From a virus (Duplodnaviria > Caudoviricetes), in IMG/VR virus record IMGVR_UViG_3300025392_000002: a DNA stretch of 64,000 bases. One strand, given 5' to 3'. The notes below the pieces were generated by a model, which saw nothing but the letters and a program-made list of their open reading frames with translations, had not been told where the DNA came from and ran no database searches. The first letter of the stretch is position 1. Each line of letters opens with the position of its first letter. Positions 58,939 through 64,000 of this stretch are shown piece by piece. The translations under genes and the position numbers were made by a program.

Positions 58939-59934
58939 ATGCAAATTAGAGAATTATCAAAGCCAGTAACTGCTAAGAAACTTAACGAAAGTCTAGCAAA
59001 GAAGTTTGGCTATAAATTAAACTTAGAACAGTTTAGCGATGTACAGTTGGAAGACGCTCGCAATAAACTACGCACCAAACTAAGCCAGTTTGAGGTAAGC
59101 GAAAGTTTTGAAGAAGTACAGACAAGCACTACCTATCAAAAGACCCGTGCTATGTTAGACTGTATTAATCAAGAACTTCTAGAGCGTGCAGAAAAGCCTG
59201 ACTTCATCGATTTAGACAAAGACGGCAACAAGAAAGAGTCAATGAAAAAAGCCGGTAAAGACAAGAAAAAGGACAAGGCCGTGGAAGAAAATTACGTTAA
59301 CAAAACATTCCGTCACAGAGCAAGTCAATTGTCAATTCCTACAAGCTGGATTGATAATGCTTTGAACAGAGTGGAACTAGGCGAAAGCGATCGCACAGAA
59401 TTAAAGGCAGAATTACTTACACGTTATGATCTAAGTGAATCACAAGCAAGTTATGTATTGCTAGAAGGCGAAGAAGAAAAAGCTGAAAACATTATGTCCA
59501 GCAAAGATATGGTAGAACGTATCACTGGCTGGTTAGAAGACGTAGCACAATTAAAAGCTGAACAGCTTTTAGAATTAGTAGACTCTATAAGAGAAACACA
59601 AGGTAGCGACGTTGCGCAACAATATCAAGACGCAGTTAAAGGCGCATTGGAATCATTATACTCAGCACTAGAACAAAGTCGTATGGGCTTATCAAAAGGC
59701 CTAGCACTATTATCAGGCGGCGAAGTAGACACAATGGGCGCAGGCCCAAGTCCAGATATGGGTGCCGCTCCAGACATGGGTGCCGCTCCAGACATGGGCG
59801 CAGAGGCCCCAGAAGCAGGCGGTGAAATGGGCGGAGCTCCAGAAGGCACAGTAGGCCGTGAAAAACGTGAAAGTGTCGACTACAGTCGTCGACTAGGCAT
59901 GTTATTAGCTTCAACACAGTCAAAAAAAAAGTAA
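58939..59934 (+). CDS. putative prohead core/scaffold-like protein
   Basis: Acidic helical protein, many xxE sites, DFIDLDKDGN, PDMGAA repeats. Confidence 0.5.
   Translation: MQIRELSKPVTAKKLNESLAKKFGYKLNLEQFSDVQLEDARNKLRTKLSQFEVSESFEEVQTSTTYQKTRAMLDCINQELLERAEKPDFIDLDKDGNKKESMKKAGKDKKKDKAVEENYVNKTFRHRASQLSIPTSWIDNALNRVELGESDRTELKAELLTRYDLSESQASYVLLEGEEEKAENIMSSKDMVERITGWLEDVAQLKAEQLLELVDSIRETQGSDVAQQYQDAVKGALESLYSALEQSRMGLSKGLALLSGGEVDTMGAGPSPDMGAAPDMGAAPDMGAEAPEAGGEMGGAPEGTVGREKRESVDYSRRLGMLLASTQSKKK
59752..59802 (+). repeat. 18-nt coding repeat, 3 copies (PDMGAA)
   Basis: ccagayatgggygcmgct-type units. Confidence 0.8.
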
Positions 59935-59942
59935 GTGAAAGT

Positions 59943-60260
59943 GTGGATCCCTTAGTTCTTACACTAAGGGCTCTACAATCTAGCGCCAATAACCAGCATG
60001 TTGCGTCATCCTTAACATGGGATGCTATCAATAACATTGGTGAGAAGTATGGCGCACCAGATATCGATTACGATCGATTTAACAAACGTTGGGAATCAGA
60101 CCCAATGATAAAACAACTAGTACAACGTTTCGACGGCCACGGACTAGTAATTAAAACCGACAAGCACGAACCAAAACCAGGCGTTGGAGAACCAGTTCAA
60201 AAGACTAGTATGAAAGCCAAAAGCGCCATGGCCGCAGTAAAACGAACAGATAAGGCTTGA
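59943..60260 (+). CDS. hypothetical protein
   Basis: ORF. Confidence 0.55.
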   Translation: MDPLVLTLRALQSSANNQHVASSLTWDAINNIGEKYGAPDIDYDRFNKRWESDPMIKQLVQRFDGHGLVIKTDKHEPKPGVGEPVQKTSMKAKSAMAAVKRTDKA

Positions 60261-60291
60261 CACGTAGAGTAAGTTAGCGTAAACTTACTCT

Positions 60292-61011
60292 ATGACCTTA
60301 CTCAAAGAAAGATACAACTACACTCCTATTAGTAGAGAAAGTGTAGAAGGCAAACGACTGTATGCCACCCCGGATGGTTCCAAAGTTCCTAGTGTAACTA
60401 CTATTCTAGACAAAACTAAACCACAAGAAAAAATCGATGCTCTGATGGCTTGGAAACGCCGTGTAGGTGAAACTAAGGCACAAGAAATTGTAACTGAAGC
60501 TGCCGGACGTGGAACACGTATGCACAAGTTCTTAGAGGACTATGTTACAACAGGAACTATACAACCTCCAGGAACTAATCCTTATAGCAAACAAAGCCAT
60601 GCTATGGCAGAAGTTATTATTCAGCAGGGACTTTGTAATGTAAATGAAATATGGGGTGTAGAAGTTCCCTTATACTATCCTGGATTATATGCGGGAACTA
60701 CTGACGGTTGCGGATTACATTTAGACGATGAAGCTATCATTGACTATAAACAAACTAACAAGCCTAAAAAACAAGAGTGGATTGAAGACTATTATCTACA
60801 GTTGACAGCTTATGCCCTAGCACATAATAAAGTACATGGTACAAACATACGCAAAGGTGTAGTTTTAATGTGTGTAAGCCCTAAAATGAACGAAAAGCTG
60901 GAAATGATAGATGTGCCAGTTTATCAAGAATTTATACTAAAACCTGAAGATTTCAGCTACTGGGAAACTCGCTGGTGGGATAGGGTGGAGCAATACTACG
61001 GTAAGATGTGA
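60292..61011 (+). CDS. PD-(D/E)xK exonuclease (MGME1/Cas4-like)
   Basis: PSVTTIL, RGTRMH, E..L..AGTTD, IIDYK, Y.LQL.AY. Confidence 0.85.
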   Translation: MTLLKERYNYTPISRESVEGKRLYATPDGSKVPSVTTILDKTKPQEKIDALMAWKRRVGETKAQEIVTEAAGRGTRMHKFLEDYVTTGTIQPPGTNPYSKQSHAMAEVIIQQGLCNVNEIWGVEVPLYYPGLYAGTTDGCGLHLDDEAIIDYKQTNKPKKQEWIEDYYLQLTAYALAHNKVHGTNIRKGVVLMCVSPKMNEKLEMIDVPVYQEFILKPEDFSYWETRWWDRVEQYYGKM

Positions 61012-61038
61012 TAAATATCCTATATAGAGGATATTCAC

Positions 61039-62958
61039 ATGGCTGTAGTCCAAATCTCGAGAATACAAGTACGTCGCGGTAAAGCAAATAGTGGTACAGG
61101 ATTACCACAACTAGCATCCGGAGAAATGGCATGGGCAGTTGATACCCAGCAATTATTCATAGGAAACGGTGCTGTTAGCGAAGGATCGCCAGCTGTAGGC
61201 AATACTAGATTATTAACTGAAAACGATCTTAGTAGTTATAGTAACTTAATTACACTATTACAGTACACTTATCAAGTTAACAATAGTGCTATGATTACTG
61301 GCCCCGGAGCCAATAATCCAATTCAAAGAACATTCCAGCAACGCTTGGATGACCAAGTTACAGCCGCAGACTTTGGTACAGTAGGTAACGGTGCTAACGA
61401 TGATACTGCCGCACTACAACGTGCTGTTAATCAGTTATTCTTAAATCCAAGTCAGCCAAGTTATACTAGTAATTCTAGCTACGCAACTGGAACTCCAAGT
61501 GCTACGGCTACTCGTGTTACATTAACTATTCCTCCCGGAATTTATTTTACCAGCAGTACCATTTATGTGCCTAGCTACAGTACATTGATTGGTTCAGGTG
61601 CTGATAAAACTATTATCTATTACAATAGTGTTGTAGCATTTCCAGGATCAGCAACAAGTACAAGCGCAACAATCGTTATGCCAGCTGCCACAGCTGACAT
61701 GTTAGGTGCTACAATCAGTGGAACTGGTGTTGTAGCAGGGTCTACAATTATTCTGGTCAATCCAGGACAAAGTGTTGTAATTAATAATATAGCCGTATCA
61801 ACTACAACAAACGCAACATATACTATTGGAAAGACTGGCCCAGCAGTTCAGTTGGTTAATGACTCTAGCACTATTGGCAATCCGAGTCCTATTAGCAGTA
61901 CATTAGGAACTACACAACCTCGCAACGTTGAAATTAAAGGTCTAACTATCCGTAGTGTTAGCGGTGTTAATAGTTGTTTACAATTAGACAGCGCACGAGA
62001 CAGTATCTTTACAGATCTTATTTTACAAGGAGACTGGCAAAATAGTTTAAGTTCTAACTGTAACGGTATCATATTAAATGCTACTGGTAGTTTAGTCACT
62101 TGCGATCATAACATATTTAGAAATATTAGATTTAACAGTTTCAGTTATGGCATTTTTAGTAAGTATGACATTACAAATAATATATTTGAAGACTGCTACT
62201 TTAACGATGCTTACCAAGCTATTGTATTAGGTCTAGGAACTAACGGTGTAACAGACGGACAGTTATACGGTCCTCGCCAAACACAAGTAAGAAACTGTAA
62301 GTTTAATAATATTAGACAACAGGCTATGTATATTTCCAAAGGCTATGGCAATACCATAGTAAATTCTAAGCTGACTAACGTAGGCTGTAATGGTGCCGGT
62401 AATACACAGGCAGTGTATCCGCAAATGTATTTTGCCAGCTTTGGAAATAGCACAGTAAACGATTGGTCTGATAGAGCAGATAGTCTAATGACTACCAACT
62501 TAACTACAGCTTACATTCCAGAGTTTAGCGGACATGGCATGTATACTAGTCACGGAACTAGACAACTAGTTATCGGGTATGCTATCAATCCTATGTTCTT
62601 TTTTAGATTGCCAGTTAGCATGACTCAAAACGGTATTCCAACAGGCAGTATAAACTATACTATCAACTACTGCTATCAAAGTACTACCAACAACTTTAGT
62701 CGTAGAGGTATCATAACAATCAGTGCCAATATCACTGCTGTAAAAGTACAATTAAGTGATGAGTTTGATTTTGCTGGAAGCGATTCTGGCAATTCCGTTG
62801 CTCAGTTACTGGACTTTAGTGTCAAATTCCTAGATCAAACAGGCAATGCTTATGTAGGGTCAGTTGGACAAACTCCAAGTTCAATAGCCATTTATTATTC
62901 AAACAATTACACGAATGATGCTGGCTACTTCAATTTTAATTATACTGCCAACTTGTAA
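61039..62958 (+). CDS. tailspike-like protein (Mtd_N-like + pectate-lyase-type beta helix)
   Basis: IQVRRG..LPQLASGE; DFGTVGNGANDDTAALQRA; PPGIY. Confidence 0.75.
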   Translation: MAVVQISRIQVRRGKANSGTGLPQLASGEMAWAVDTQQLFIGNGAVSEGSPAVGNTRLLTENDLSSYSNLITLLQYTYQVNNSAMITGPGANNPIQRTFQQRLDDQVTAADFGTVGNGANDDTAALQRAVNQLFLNPSQPSYTSNSSYATGTPSATATRVTLTIPPGIYFTSSTIYVPSYSTLIGSGADKTIIYYNSVVAFPGSATSTSATIVMPAATADMLGATISGTGVVAGSTIILVNPGQSVVINNIAVSTTTNATYTIGKTGPAVQLVNDSSTIGNPSPISSTLGTTQPRNVEIKGLTIRSVSGVNSCLQLDSARDSIFTDLILQGDWQNSLSSNCNGIILNATGSLVTCDHNIFRNIRFNSFSYGIFSKYDITNNIFEDCYFNDAYQAIVLGLGTNGVTDGQLYGPRQTQVRNCKFNNIRQQAMYISKGYGNTIVNSKLTNVGCNGAGNTQAVYPQMYFASFGNSTVNDWSDRADSLMTTNLTTAYIPEFSGHGMYTSHGTRQLVIGYAINPMFFFRLPVSMTQNGIPTGSINYTINYCYQSTTNNFSRRGIITISANITAVKVQLSDEFDFAGSDSGNSVAQLLDFSVKFLDQTGNAYVGSVGQTPSSIAIYYSNNYTNDAGYFNFNYTANL

Positions 62959-63155
62959 TCAAAATGTTAGACAACGCCATTAAGTGCGTGTATAATTCAT
63001 TTTGTCAGTATGATAAAATATATCCCAACCTTTAAAAAAATCGGTTCAAAACTTGTCGAAATCGCCGGCTATAGAATAGTTAGCGATCGGTTTCGTCATC
63101 ACTAAATACTTCCTAAACGCACCACAGACTAGAATTTAAATTATAAGAAAGAGCA

Positions 63156-64000
63156 ATGACCAAGATTACAGTAATTAAAAGAGATGGAAGTAGGGAGCCG
63201 TTGGCAGTAGAAAAATGGCAAGCCCAAGTAGCTAAGGTATGTAAAGGTATTGCGGATGTCAGTCAGTCAATGATTGAGATCAAGAGTCAGCCGCATTTTT
63301 ATGACGGCATTACCACAAACGAAATTGATAACATTACCTTACGTGCTATTGTTGATTTGATTGATGTAGAATCAAATCCAGATGTTGGTCACACCAACTA
63401 TCAATATGTAGCAGGTAAACAACGACTAAGCATCTTGCGCAAAGATGTTTACGGTCAGTATCAAGTACCCAACCTTTTCTCTATTGTACAACGCAATGTA
63501 TCAGTAGGCCTGTATACCCCAGAACTATTGGAGTGGTACACAGAAGATGATTGGAATAGAATGAATGAAATGCTGGATCACGAAAAGGATGAACAGTATT
63601 CATATGCGGCCATTGAACAACTAATTGAAAAGTACTTGGTACGCAATCGCGCTACAAAGGAAATTTATGAAACTCCTCAAATTAGATACATGGTGGCGGC
63701 CGCTACTATCTTCCATAAAGAAGAACCTAACCAAGCTCGTATGCGTTATATCAAAGAATATTATAACGCGGCCAGTGATGGTTTGTTTACTTTGGCTACT
63801 CCTGTGTTGGCTGGCTTGGGGACTCCTACTAAGCAATTTTCGAGTTGCGTTCTTATTCGCAGTGATGACGATCTTGATAGCATATTTGCGTCCGGAGAAA
63901 TGATGGCAAAATATGCCAGTAAACGTGCGGGGATCGGATTGGAAATCGGTCGACTACGCCCATTGGGCTCCCCAATTCGCGGTGGCGAAATCATGCATAC
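63156..64000 (+). CDS. nrdA: ribonucleoside-diphosphate reductase alpha subunit with ATP cone (runs off the window)
   Basis: Hand translated MTKITVIKRDG..., YETPQ, LATPVLAGLGTPTKQFSSCVL, GIG; not in the ORF track. Confidence 0.93.
   Translation, partial: MTKITVIKRDGSREPLAVEKWQAQVAKVCKGIADVSQSMIEIKSQPHFYDGITTNEIDNITLRAIVDLIDVESNPDVGHTNYQYVAGKQRLSILRKDVYGQYQVPNLFSIVQRNVSVGLYTPELLEWYTEDDWNRMNEMLDHEKDEQYSYAAIEQLIEKYLVRNRATKEIYETPQIRYMVAAATIFHKEEPNQARMRYIKEYYNAASDGLFTLATPVLAGLGTPTKQFSSCVLIRSDDDLDSIFASGEMMAKYASKRAGIGLEIGRLRPLGSPIRGGEIMH

Noticed and set aside
63621-63994. Track ORFs at the window end
   Set aside because: Shadow frames of nrdA, which starts at 63156 and runs off the window
1-64000. 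Stop-codon reassignment
   Set aside because: Long conserved genes are intact in the standard code, and all three stops end tightly packed ORFs

Overview
64-kb segment of a large, T4-related (jumbo-type) dsDNA tailed phage genome in the standard genetic code; the host is probably a Proteobacterium (inference). Layout: (i) 1-3.6 kb replication genes (primase, carbamoyltransferase, gp41/DnaB helicase); (ii) 3.7-12.8 kb late virion, fibre and putative head-packaged proteins behind TAAATA late-type promoters; (iii) 13.5-24 kb minus-strand 'early' array of small genes, nearly each with its own consensus sigma70 promoter and a shared extended RBS (AGGAGCGA), plus a tRNA(CAT) and several promoter-driven non-coding RNAs; (iv) 24-26 kb repeat-rich strand-switch region; (v) 27-38 kb small plus-strand accessory genes, including an expanded paralogue family and a ParB-like + 2x GIY-YIG operon; (vi) 38-64 kb late, structural and metabolic genes (rfaD, M23 peptidase, yqgE, HNH, ybaN, NucA-type nuclease, HAD-deaminase, hemA, tail fibres, two nucleotidyltransferases, exonuclease, nrdA start). 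Best candidate for an undescribed system: a ~160-nt promoter/terminator-bounded sRNA at the end of the early array (13492-13651, minus). It displays two identical loop sequences (CGAUUCGCUCCCGG) complementary to the GGAGCGA tag in the RBS of 12 genes, which suggests a phage-encoded, barcode-addressed translational regulon. All family assignments are by eye from motifs; no database searches were run.
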